DNA of 64,000 nucleotides from Puniceicoccales bacterium (GTDB lineage Bacteria; Verrucomicrobiota; Verrucomicrobiia; Opitutales; LL51): NCBI GenBank assembly GCA_031255715.1, contig JAIRRZ010000030.1, positions 349 to 64,348 of the forward strand, read 5' to 3'. Shown piece by piece: positions 55,680 to 64,000 of this stretch (position 1 is its first letter; each line of letters starts with the position of its first letter). The notes under the pieces were generated by a model. It saw only the letters and a program-made list of their open reading frames with translations, ran no database searches and was not told where the DNA came from. The position numbers and the translations under genes were made by a program.

Positions 55680-57872
55680 TTGCAGTGCAAGAAAATGTTC
55701 GGTATGCTTCAGGCAGTATTTAATATGTCAACAAAAAAGCGAATTATTTGCGGTCTATTCATGGCAATCTGCACGATATTACTTGCGATTGCACTTTTCG
55801 ATTTCTCTCCACAACAAAGTCACTTGATGACAACGAATTGCAATACTGAGTCGAATAATCTTATGGGAACATTCGGATCAACGATTGCATTTTGGTTATT
55901 TCGCATCTTCGGCGGAACAACAATATTGCTTCCTCTTATTCCTTTTTTACTGTTTTGCACATGTGCATTTCCCAAAAAATTCTCCTTTTGGCATATATTG
56001 TTCTTGGTTGGCTTTACCGTTTTCATCACAATTTTTTTTAGTTGGCTCCAAAAATTTCTCAAGCTACCACCTTTTCCTTCCCTATCGGCTGGGCTAGGAG
56101 GTATCGCGGGTACACTTCTTTTGGAACGCACATTCTTACCGTTATTTGGTAAATTGGGTACGATATTGATTATTTCTAGTATCCTTTCGCTCCAAATTTT
56201 CCTCTATGGTAATACGTTACTGGGTAATTGCATGAAAAAAACCCTCAAATATTTCTATTTATTTTTTAAACTAATCCACAGAATATTTCACAGAAATCCT
56301 TCAAAACATCAGAATTTTTCTGAGCAATCTGATCCGAAAGTTGAACCCAAAATCCATGAAACTAAAGTGATAAACTCCGCTAAAAACTCACCTCAAAAAT
56401 TAACTAGCATCCAAATTTTTGAAGAAACAAGCATCGATAAAATCGATATAACGTTCAAAAAACGCGATTCGGGGTATATTTTTCCGGAGATTGATTTACT
56501 TAATCCTTCTAAGAGCACAGGCAATAGCCGAGAAAATTGTGAGCAGGTTGCACAAAAATTAGTTGAAGTTTTGGCACAATTTGGTGTACACGTCACAACG
56601 GGAGAAATTCATAAAGGTCCCGTTATCACGCGCTACGAGGTGGCGCCAGACGCAGGAATTCGCGTCGAAAAAATTGCTAATTTGGACAAAAACATTGCCC
56701 TAGGTTTAGCGGCAAAATCGGTACGCATTATTGCACCGGTTCCCGGAAAAAGTTGCGTAGGCGTCGAGTTGCCAAACAAAGACCCGGCAAGCGTTCATCT
56801 GCGCGAAATTTTGGAATCGAAAACATGGGCGGAATCAACGGCAGCGATTCCAATCGTTTTGGGTCGCAGCGTTACGGGAGATCCCATGATCTATGACCTC
56901 GCCAAAATGCCCCATCTCCTTATCGCTGGCGCAACGGGTTCTGGAAAAACGGTATGCATCAATGCAATCATTGCCTCTCTACTTTATCATGCTTCGCCAG
57001 AAGATTTACGCTTTATCATGGTTGATCCCAAAATTGTCGAAATGCAAAACTACAACCAATTGCCTCACATGCTTGTTCCGGTTGTAACTGATCCTAAAAA
57101 AGTACCCAGCGCATTAAAATGGCTCATCGGAGAGATGGAATTACGCTACCAGACCTTCGCCAAAGTGGGTGTACGCAACATTACTAACTATAACATAAAA
57201 TTAGAAAATTCACAAAAAATCGACAAAGAGAATGAAATGGAATACCGAAAATTTCCCTATATCGTTTGTATTATCGACGAATTGGCCGATCTCATGATGG
57301 TTGCCCCCGGAGATATTGAGACAAACATCGCACGGCTTGCGCAGCTAGCTCGCGCGGCAGGTATCCACCTCATATTGGCAACGCAACGGCCATCGGTGAA
57401 CGTTATTACGGGCATCATTAAAGCCAATTTGCCCAGTCGCATTGCATTTAAAGTATCTTCGAAAGTGGATAGTCGAACGATTTTGGATATGGGCGGAGCG
57501 GAAGCGCTTCTCGGCCAAGGCGATATGCTGTTTTCTCCTCCAGGAGCATCGGGTTTACTCCGTGCCCAGGGAGCTCTCGTTTCCGACGATGAAATTAATG
57601 GTATCGTCGATTACCTTTATCAAAAAAATGGAGGACCAAAATTTGAGGAATCTGTCCAAGAACAGATTGAAAACAATTGTGATTCAGAATCTGAAAATGG
57701 TGAAAAATGGGACGATGACCTGATACCACGCGCATTAGAAATTATCCGAACAAATGATCGAGCATCAACATCTTTTCTACAACGCAAACTAAAAATCGGC
57801 TATAATCGCGCCGCACGTATCATGGATACCCTCCGCGAACAGGGCTTAGTTGGCGCAGAAATTGAAGAATAG
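55680..57872 (+). CDS. ftsK: DNA translocase FtsK
   Basis: N-terminal TM segments, a linker, then the motor domain HLLIAGATGSGKTVCINA, IIDELADLMM, ILATQRPSV and the gamma domain SFLQRKLKIGYNRAARIMD. 55680 is a TTG; the ATG at 55695 or 55725 is more likely. Confidence 0.93.
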   Translation: MQCKKMFGMLQAVFNMSTKKRIICGLFMAICTILLAIALFDFSPQQSHLMTTNCNTESNNLMGTFGSTIAFWLFRIFGGTTILLPLIPFLLFCTCAFPKKFSFWHILFLVGFTVFITIFFSWLQKFLKLPPFPSLSAGLGGIAGTLLLERTFLPLFGKLGTILIISSILSLQIFLYGNTLLGNCMKKTLKYFYLFFKLIHRIFHRNPSKHQNFSEQSDPKVEPKIHETKVINSAKNSPQKLTSIQIFEETSIDKIDITFKKRDSGYIFPEIDLLNPSKSTGNSRENCEQVAQKLVEVLAQFGVHVTTGEIHKGPVITRYEVAPDAGIRVEKIANLDKNIALGLAAKSVRIIAPVPGKSCVGVELPNKDPASVHLREILESKTWAESTAAIPIVLGRSVTGDPMIYDLAKMPHLLIAGATGSGKTVCINAIIASLLYHASPEDLRFIMVDPKIVEMQNYNQLPHMLVPVVTDPKKVPSALKWLIGEMELRYQTFAKVGVRNITNYNIKLENSQKIDKENEMEYRKFPYIVCIIDELADLMMVAPGDIETNIARLAQLARAAGIHLILATQRPSVNVITGIIKANLPSRIAFKVSSKVDSRTILDMGGAEALLGQGDMLFSPPGASGLLRAQGALVSDDEINGIVDYLYQKNGGPKFEESVQEQIENNCDSESENGEKWDDDLIPRALEIIRTNDRASTSFLQRKLKIGYNRAARIMDTLREQGLVGAEIEE

Positions 57873-58273
57873 GAAAACGGTTTCAATTTTCTTTCCAAAA
57901 CCTTTGCCTGGACTTCATTTGGAAAAACAGTCTTCGCATCTTTAAAACACTCCGAAAACCTTCCCATGGGAACATTTATATTATTATATCTTGAACTATT
58001 TCTTGACCATTAAAGTAAGTTTTGTTTTTTCAAATATTAGGCACTGTCATTCTTGCCTCTCTGTACAACGAAAATCGCACCATTTTTGCTTTGAAATTTC
58101 TCTGATACAGCGATTCCCCGGTTGTTGAATCTACCATTAGGAGGTCCTAATGGTGGTCCTAAATCCTCTCGTTCCTCCAGGTTTAGCGGCAAATCTCGCT
58201 TCGTTTTTGCACAAAAGCCGACATTTCAAATAAACGCGAATAGAAAATGTATATAAATCCAAATATTCAAACT

Positions 58274-60064
58274 TTATTTTCCTGGGGGCATAATCGTCGC
58301 AATATGCAGTTCGCGCAATTGTTTTTCAGAAGCATGGGATGGACTTTGCGCCATTAAATCTTGACCTTTTTGCGTCTTAGGAAATGCAATGACATCGCGA
58401 ATAGAGTCGCTTCCGCAGATAATCGCTGCTAAACGATCCAAGCCAACCGCAATACCACCGTGAGGGGGAGCACCAAATTTAAATGCCCGCAACATGTACC
58501 CGAAACGATCCAGGATTGTCTGTTCATCCAATTTCAAAATATCGCGCATTACTAGAGATTGTAACGCAGAATTATGAATACGAATGCTACCCCCACCGAT
58601 TTCGAATCCATTCAAAACGATGTCATAGTGTTGCGCCCGAACGCTGAGCGGATCGGTTTTTAATCTTTCCTCATCCCCTTCTACCGGAGCCGTAAAAGGA
58701 TGGTGCGTCGCAACGTAGCATCCCTGCTCTGTATCGAAGGTAATGAGTGGGAAATCGATTACCCACAGAAAATTAAATTGATCCTTTGGAATCGTTAAAC
58801 GTCCGCGATCGACAAGTAAATGAGCACATTCCAAGCGAATTCGTCCCAAAATCGTACACGCCTGTAACCAGTCCGATGCTGCAAAAAATACAATATCGCC
58901 ATCTTCAATGGAAAGCGTTTTTCTCAAAGCATCCCTTTCCTGTTCCGATAAAAATTTTAGAATTGGCGATTTCCATTCACCTTTTTCAGCTTTGATAAAG
59001 GCTAATCCCTTCGCTCCCAATGCTCTGGCAACGTCTTCCAAATTTTTTAATTCGCCCTGCGTAATATCGGCAAGTTGCCTGATATTAATTGCCTTAATCG
59101 AACCACCTTTTTCCAGGCAGTCGCGAAATACTTTAAATGCGGAGTGTCTAAAAATCGGAGATAAATCGACCAGCTCCAAAGCAAAACGCGTATCCGGTTT
59201 ATCGGAACCAAAACGATCCATAGCCTCCTGAAACGGTAGGCGAATAAATGGTATTTCGATAGCGCGATTCAGGGTTTCTTTGAAAACAATCCGCATCATG
59301 CCTTCAATTAATTTATAAATGTCCTCACAATCGATAAAGGACATCTCCAAATCAATTTGAGTAAATTCCTGTTGTCGATCGGCACGCAAATCTTCATCGC
59401 GGAAACAGCGCGCGAGGGAATAATAGCGCTCGACGCCGGACACCATAAGCATCTGTTTGTATTGTTGCGGTGATTGGCTCAAGGCATAGAACGATCCCGG
59501 ATTTTGTCGACTTGGAACAAGAAATTCTCGAGCTCCTTCCGGCGTTGTTTTAAATAAATAGGGCAACTCAACTTCGATGAAGTCTTGCTGGTCCAGGTAA
59601 TTGCGGACAGTATGGGCAATACGATGGCGAGTACATAGTGCGTGTAAATTTTTGGGACGGCGCAAATCCAGGTAGCGGTAGGTAAGGCGCAAATCTTCGC
59701 TGACCTTATCGGCCTTGCTATCCTCTAAAGGAAACGGCAGCGTTTCAGCGATATTATGAATTTTGAGCATATCGGCAACAATTTCAATTTCCCCCGTTGC
59801 GATATGGGGATTGGCCGTATCGTTTGGACGCAAATTAACCATACCCGAAATTTCAATGACAGATTCATCCTTGAGCACCGGCAATAGAGTTGAATAAACA
59901 TCATTTTTAGGATCAAAAACGATTTGCGTAATACCTTTTCGGTCACGCAGATCCACAAAAATTAAACCGCCATGGTCACGAATCGACTGAATCCATCCAA
60001 TCAATCGAACCACTTCTCCCATGTTTTTTCTTGTAAGCGCACCGCAATGATAACTTCTTCTCAT
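58274..60064 (-). CDS. aspS: Aspartate--tRNA ligase
   Basis: 596 aa with the OB domain GWIQSIRDHGGLIFVDLRD, FRDEDLRADRQQEFTQID, the GAD insertion and GGIAVGLDRL. Confidence 0.95.
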   Translation of the reverse strand: MRRSYHCGALTRKNMGEVVRLIGWIQSIRDHGGLIFVDLRDRKGITQIVFDPKNDVYSTLLPVLKDESVIEISGMVNLRPNDTANPHIATGEIEIVADMLKIHNIAETLPFPLEDSKADKVSEDLRLTYRYLDLRRPKNLHALCTRHRIAHTVRNYLDQQDFIEVELPYLFKTTPEGAREFLVPSRQNPGSFYALSQSPQQYKQMLMVSGVERYYSLARCFRDEDLRADRQQEFTQIDLEMSFIDCEDIYKLIEGMMRIVFKETLNRAIEIPFIRLPFQEAMDRFGSDKPDTRFALELVDLSPIFRHSAFKVFRDCLEKGGSIKAINIRQLADITQGELKNLEDVARALGAKGLAFIKAEKGEWKSPILKFLSEQERDALRKTLSIEDGDIVFFAASDWLQACTILGRIRLECAHLLVDRGRLTIPKDQFNFLWVIDFPLITFDTEQGCYVATHHPFTAPVEGDEERLKTDPLSVRAQHYDIVLNGFEIGGGSIRIHNSALQSLVMRDILKLDEQTILDRFGYMLRAFKFGAPPHGGIAVGLDRLAAIICGSDSIRDVIAFPKTQKGQDLMAQSPSHASEKQLRELHIATIMPPGK

Positions 60065-60328
60065 TTTTCGAAAAAGTAAGAAAAGTTTTCAAGATACACA
60101 AGAAAGAAAAATAAGTGATTCTTAAATTCATAAAAAAAATGAAATAAAAAAATTAAACCTTGCCTTTAATGTGCTCAGCAAATCATTCCTTTAAATACGA
60201 GCTTTGCCATCGCCACCAATAATATGCCCCATCGACAGAGAATAAATATCGAATTTATTCACTATTTCCCTAAGATTCTCTTGACTTTGAACAATTAATT
60301 GCAATCCTTAGTGGAATTATTAGGCAAG

Positions 60329-60403
60329 GTTCCTGTAGTTCAATGGATAGAACATCGGTCTCCGGAACCGAAGATCTGGGTTCGAATCCCGGCAAGAACG
60401 CCA
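60329..60403 (+). tRNA. tRNA-Arg (anticodon CCG), CCA encoded
   Basis: GTTCCTGTAGTTCAATGGATAGAACATCGGTCTCCGGAACCGAAGATCTGGGTTCGAATCCCGGCAAGAACGCCA, with anticodon loop CUCCGGA. There is one C5-A68 mismatch in the acceptor stem. Confidence 0.85.
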
Positions 60404-60506
60404 AATATATTATAATAAGTCTAACTGGGTATTTTAAGCATTAACTGTAACTCTTGTCCAGGATTGACTTGACTTTAAATAGGTATAATTACGATGTTGA
60501 GAGCGA

Positions 60507-60581
60507 GTTCCTGTAGTTCAATGGATAGAGCATCGGTCTTCGGAACCGAGGGTCTGGGTTCGAGTCCCGGCAGGAGCGCCA
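60507..60581 (+). tRNA. tRNA-Arg (anticodon UCG), CCA encoded
   Basis: GTTCCTGTAGTTCAATGGATAGAGCATCGGTCTTCGGAACCGAGGGTCTGGGTTCGAGTCCCGGCAGGAGCGCCA, with anticodon loop CUUCGGA. It is a paralogue of the upstream tRNA-Arg. Confidence 0.88.
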
Positions 60582-60799
60582 AAAATTTTAATCTAGGAAT
60601 AAATTTCAATATTTTTTCTAAAATCTTGCTTCTGCTATTTTACTTTCAAAAAGGCGGAGAAAGGAAAGAACAATAGGAATAAGAAGAGAAATTGTCTGTT
60701 AGCTAGAAAAAACAATGAAAATATCATATCGATTATTGTAAGTCCCCCTGCCCTTCTGCTCAATACGTAATGGTCAAAATGTGCAAATTCTTAGGAAAC

Positions 60800-62131
60800 T
60801 TATTTCCCAATGATTGAAATGCGCCGCATATAGGCATAGGAACGGCAAAGACGTTCGAAACCAAACATGGAGAAAGTCAAAAGAATAAATGCCACTACAC
60901 CAACAACAAACGGCCCAGCAAACTCCAATAAAAAATAACCCAAAATAGGAGAAAGAGCATCACGTAAACCCATGATTGCTGCATTCGCTCCCATGTATTC
61001 ATTTACCCTATCTCGAGGCGCAATGGCCGAAATCCATAGACTCCAAAAAATAACACCACCGCTTCGCCCAATACCTAAAAGTACACTTGCTAAATAAATA
61101 GTTGTCAGATTATCCGTTGCAAAAAATAGCGGAATGCCGATTAAAAAACAAATCGTCACACATTGGCGCATGGTAATTAAACTAACGCGATCGTATAATT
61201 TTCCCCAAAACGGCCCACTAACAACACTTGCCAAAGGTTGAATAATACCGAAAATTGCTACAATCCCCCCGTAGGAGATATCGAGCCCATGCCTGTGGCT
61301 TGCCAAATATTCCACACGCAACGGCAACGTCATTTGATTGGCAATGGCAATAAACGAATATAACAAAAGAATCGTCGCAAAAACACGATCCTGGAATATC
61401 AATTTGAAACTATCCCTAAACGGAGGATAAGGCTTGGAAACAACTTTACGTATCGGAATTTTCAAAAAGCATATCGCACAGCACAAAGCTAATAGGCTCG
61501 CTAAAAATAACAAACCACTTAGACTACCCGGTTTTTTAGCAAAAATATAGCTTGCAATTGATGCGAAAAGCATTCCACCAATTGGCATACATGTTAAAGC
61601 TATTCCAACATTAAACCCACGACTCATCCTAGGGTAATTATCCACATAAACACCGATCATCAGAGGAATTTGCTGCCTATCAAAAATCTTAGCAAACGCC
61701 ATGAAAGTAAAAAATAAAATCCAAGAATCTACAAATGCCGCGCAAAAAAAAGCAATCCCCATCAACGTAAAATACAATGCCGAAATTTTCATACTATCCC
61801 AGCAAAAACGATCCACTAACTGCTGAAGCATCGGTGTAAAAATCATGGAGGTGGAACCAACGATAGCCAATGCCTTAAGAGCGGACTTGGAACTAATTGA
61901 TGCGCCCAAAGCAGACACTGCCGTCAGCATTAAAATGGTACTTAATTCTCGATCTAACGCCCCCTGGAAAAGGTAGCGCAAGGCATCGAAAGTTAGCGTT
62001 TTGCGCGCAACGACCGTATCTTGGCAAATATCTTTGGATTGCGAAAACGTATGGATACTTTTCCCAAAGCCCGGGGATAACTCTTCGTTGATAGTAATCC
62101 TCTGAGGTGAAATTTTACCTTGATGTTGCAT
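60800..62131 (-). CDS. Multi-pass membrane transporter, MFS-like
   Basis: 443 aa with about 11-12 hydrophobic segments and a cytoplasmic N-terminal extension of about 60 aa. No specific subfamily motif was recognised. Confidence 0.55.
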   Translation of the reverse strand: MQHQGKISPQRITINEELSPGFGKSIHTFSQSKDICQDTVVARKTLTFDALRYLFQGALDRELSTILMLTAVSALGASISSKSALKALAIVGSTSMIFTPMLQQLVDRFCWDSMKISALYFTLMGIAFFCAAFVDSWILFFTFMAFAKIFDRQQIPLMIGVYVDNYPRMSRGFNVGIALTCMPIGGMLFASIASYIFAKKPGSLSGLLFLASLLALCCAICFLKIPIRKVVSKPYPPFRDSFKLIFQDRVFATILLLYSFIAIANQMTLPLRVEYLASHRHGLDISYGGIVAIFGIIQPLASVVSGPFWGKLYDRVSLITMRQCVTICFLIGIPLFFATDNLTTIYLASVLLGIGRSGGVIFWSLWISAIAPRDRVNEYMGANAAIMGLRDALSPILGYFLLEFAGPFVVGVVAFILLTFSMFGFERLCRSYAYMRRISIIGK

Positions 62132-62173
62132 AATTATTTTCTAGTGTGCAATTGATTTTTGGGAAAAATTTAA

Positions 62174-62662
62174 TTGGTCAAGCGGATAATTGAAATTGGA
62201 GGAAATATTTTGAATAAGGATGATATCGAAGATTTAATTGCGATCATGGATCGTTCGAACCTATCTGAAATCGAAATCGCAGACGGCAAAACGAAGATTG
62301 TTTTGCGTAAAAATGGAGCTGCATTTGCTCCTGATTTATCTCGGTCCTATGCCCTGCAACCTAATATTCCAACCGTTCCCATAGAAACCGATATCCCCAT
62401 TCAAACAACGTCATCCGAAAATCTTTATATCATCAAATCGCCAATGGTCGGTACGTTTTATGCAGCACCTTCACCCGATAGTGATACCTTTGTTCGCATT
62501 GGTTCGAAAATTGAAAAAGATTTTCCTGTCTGCATTTTAGAAGCAATGAAGGTTATGAATGAGATTCAAGCCGATGTTACGGGAATTATCCGCGAAATAT
62601 TTGTCCAAAATGGTCAACCTGTCGAATTTGGCCAACCTCTCTTTAAGGTAGAAATTTGTTGA
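62174..62662 (+). CDS. accB: Acetyl-CoA carboxylase biotin carboxyl carrier protein
   Basis: The biotinylation motif is ILEAMKVMNEI. SPMVGTFY and the C-terminal GQPVEFGQPLF are also present. The start is uncertain because 62174 is a non-ATG codon. Confidence 0.9.
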   Translation: MVKRIIEIGGNILNKDDIEDLIAIMDRSNLSEIEIADGKTKIVLRKNGAAFAPDLSRSYALQPNIPTVPIETDIPIQTTSSENLYIIKSPMVGTFYAAPSPDSDTFVRIGSKIEKDFPVCILEAMKVMNEIQADVTGIIREIFVQNGQPVEFGQPLFKVEIC

Positions 62663-64000
62663 ATGTTTGATAAAATTTTAATTGCTAATCGGGGAGAAAT
62701 TGCGCTACGGATTATCCGAACGTGCCATGAATTAGGTATTAAAACACTGGCTATTTATTCGGAAGCCGATGAACAATCACTTCACGTGCAGCTAGCCGAT
62801 GAAGCTATCTGTATCGGTCGAGCTCCCACATCGGAAAGTTACTTACGCGCAGATCGCATCTTTAGCGCGGCCGAACTAGGTAATGTGGATGCAATTCATC
62901 CGGGCTATGGATTCCTATCAGAAAATCCAATGTTTGCGGAACAATGTCGCGATTGTAATATTAATTTCATCGGCCCACGTCCAGAAATAATTCGCCAAAT
63001 GGGTGATAAGGCTTGTGCTAAAGAGATAGCGAAAAAGGGAAAAGTTCCCGTAATACCCGGTAGCGAAGGTATCATTGAAAATGAAAATGAAGCTCTGAAA
63101 ATTGCAGAATCCATCGGATTTCCAATTATCATTAAAGCGGTAGCAGGCGGAGGAGGAAAAGGCATGCGACTGGTCAATAATTCCGTTTCTTTTAGCAAAG
63201 AATTCAATGTTGCTCGGGCAGAAGCAGAAAAAAATTTTGGCAATGGAACGGTTTACATCGAAAAATTTGTCGAAGATCCCCGCCATATCGAAATCCAAAT
63301 CGTCGGCGATAAACACGGGAAAATATTGCATTTAGGAGAACGTGATTGCTCGATTCAACGACGCTATCAAAAGATTATTGAAGAGGCGCCATCGGGATTT
63401 TTGGATAATAATTTACGCGAAAAGATGGGTGATGCAGCGGTACGCCTGGCCAAACAATGTGGCTATGAAAATGCAGGAACCATTGAATTCTTAGTGGATA
63501 AAAATGGGAATTTTTATTTCATGGAAATGAATACGCGTATCCAAGTCGAACATGGAGTAACCGAAGAGGCAACGGGAATCGATCTCATTGACTTGCAGCT
63601 ACGTATTGCGGCTGGAGAAAAAATTCCATTCGATCAAAAACATGTAAAGTTCACAAAGCATGCCATTGAATGCCGTATTAATGCAGAAAATCCGGAACAC
63701 AACTTTACGCCATGCCCAGGCGAAATTACGCTATATTACGCACCCGGTGGCAACGGTATCCGTGTGGATAGCCACATTTATGGAGGATATAAAGTTCCAC
63801 AGTATTACGACAGCATGATTGCAAAGCTCATTGCAACGGGGAATATGCGCGATATCGCTATTAATCGAATGAATCGTGCACTCGGAGAATACATCATTCG
63901 TGGAATTTCGACGACAATACCCTTTACGAAAGCGATCATGTCGGACATTGATTTTCGTGCGGGTAATGTGACAACAAAATTTATTGAAGAATTCATGAAA
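62663..64000 (+). CDS. accC: Acetyl-CoA carboxylase biotin carboxylase subunit, 3' end outside window
   Basis: It is not in the ORF track because there is no stop in the window. The ATG at 62663 directly follows the accB stop. Manual translation gives [52 protein letters not shown]...; downstream DNA encodes ATP-grasp motifs ([18 protein letters not shown]). Confidence 0.92.
   Translation, partial: MFDKILIANRGEIALRIIRTCHELGIKTLAIYSEADEQSLHVQLADEAICIGRAPTSESYLRADRIFSAAELGNVDAIHPGYGFLSENPMFAEQCRDCNINFIGPRPEIIRQMGDKACAKEIAKKGKVPVIPGSEGIIENENEALKIAESIGFPIIIKAVAGGGGKGMRLVNNSVSFSKEFNVARAEAEKNFGNGTVYIEKFVEDPRHIEIQIVGDKHGKILHLGERDCSIQRRYQKIIEEAPSGFLDNNLREKMGDAAVRLAKQCGYENAGTIEFLVDKNGNFYFMEMNTRIQVEHGVTEEATGIDLIDLQLRIAAGEKIPFDQKHVKFTKHAIECRINAENPEHNFTPCPGEITLYYAPGGNGIRVDSHIYGGYKVPQYYDSMIAKLIATGNMRDIAINRMNRALGEYIIRGISTTIPFTKAIMSDIDFRAGNVTTKFIEEFMK

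Noticed and set aside
1..64000. Mobile elements, prophage, integrase, transposase and rRNA genes
   Set aside because: I scanned the ORF translations for DDE/HUH transposase, tyrosine or serine recombinase and phage structural signatures, and the DNA for rRNA-like conserved blocks. None was recognised.

Overview
AT-rich bacterial chromosomal window. All calls come from reading the ORF translations and the DNA by eye; no database search was run. About two thirds is housekeeping: ruvA(partial)-ruvX, tkt, a DedA protein, secA-clpX, fabF, rpmF-plsX, rplY(ctc)-pth-rpsF-ssb-rplI, a UvrD-family helicase, sfsA, rsmE, a BatA-E aerotolerance-type operon, pheS, malQ, a murC-murB fusion, ftsK, aspS, an MFS transporter and accB-accC(partial). 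There are six tRNAs: Ala-GGC, Arg-ACG, Gly-UCC, Val-GAC, Arg-CCG and Arg-UCG. The lineage looks like a host-associated member of the PVC superphylum (Verrucomicrobiota/Lentisphaerota-like). This is inferred from prepilin-type proteins ending in a ...FLDGHVEW motif, the MurC-MurB fusion, the Bat operon and a Ysc/Chlamydia-type T3SS. The most interesting content is a partial type III secretion locus at 15.6-21.3 kb. It has sctD-E-F-G-I on one strand and an sctW gatekeeper, a TyeA-like protein, a SycN-like chaperone and an X-position ORF on the other. Effector-like genes are scattered around it. The best is a 430-aa protein (9866-11158, minus strand) with three polyproline tracts, two tandem WH2 actin-binding motifs and a long coiled coil, i.e. 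an actin-nucleator mimic. Others are a signal-peptide-bearing eukaryotic-like protein kinase with a fresh 118-bp tandem duplication at its 3' end, and a CesT-type chaperone followed by a Lys-rich ORF. Non-coding oddities are arrays of a degenerate 20-nt phased repeat at three intergenic sites, two of them bracketing an orphan two-gene module. In addition, two GC-rich, heavily structured intergenic elements share an identical 28-nt GC-only hairpin. Signs of gene decay include a GH5 glycosidase remnant, a possibly disrupted 5' end on the WH2 gene and a gene-poor tRNA-flanked stretch. No CRISPR array, transposase, integrase or rRNA was recognised.
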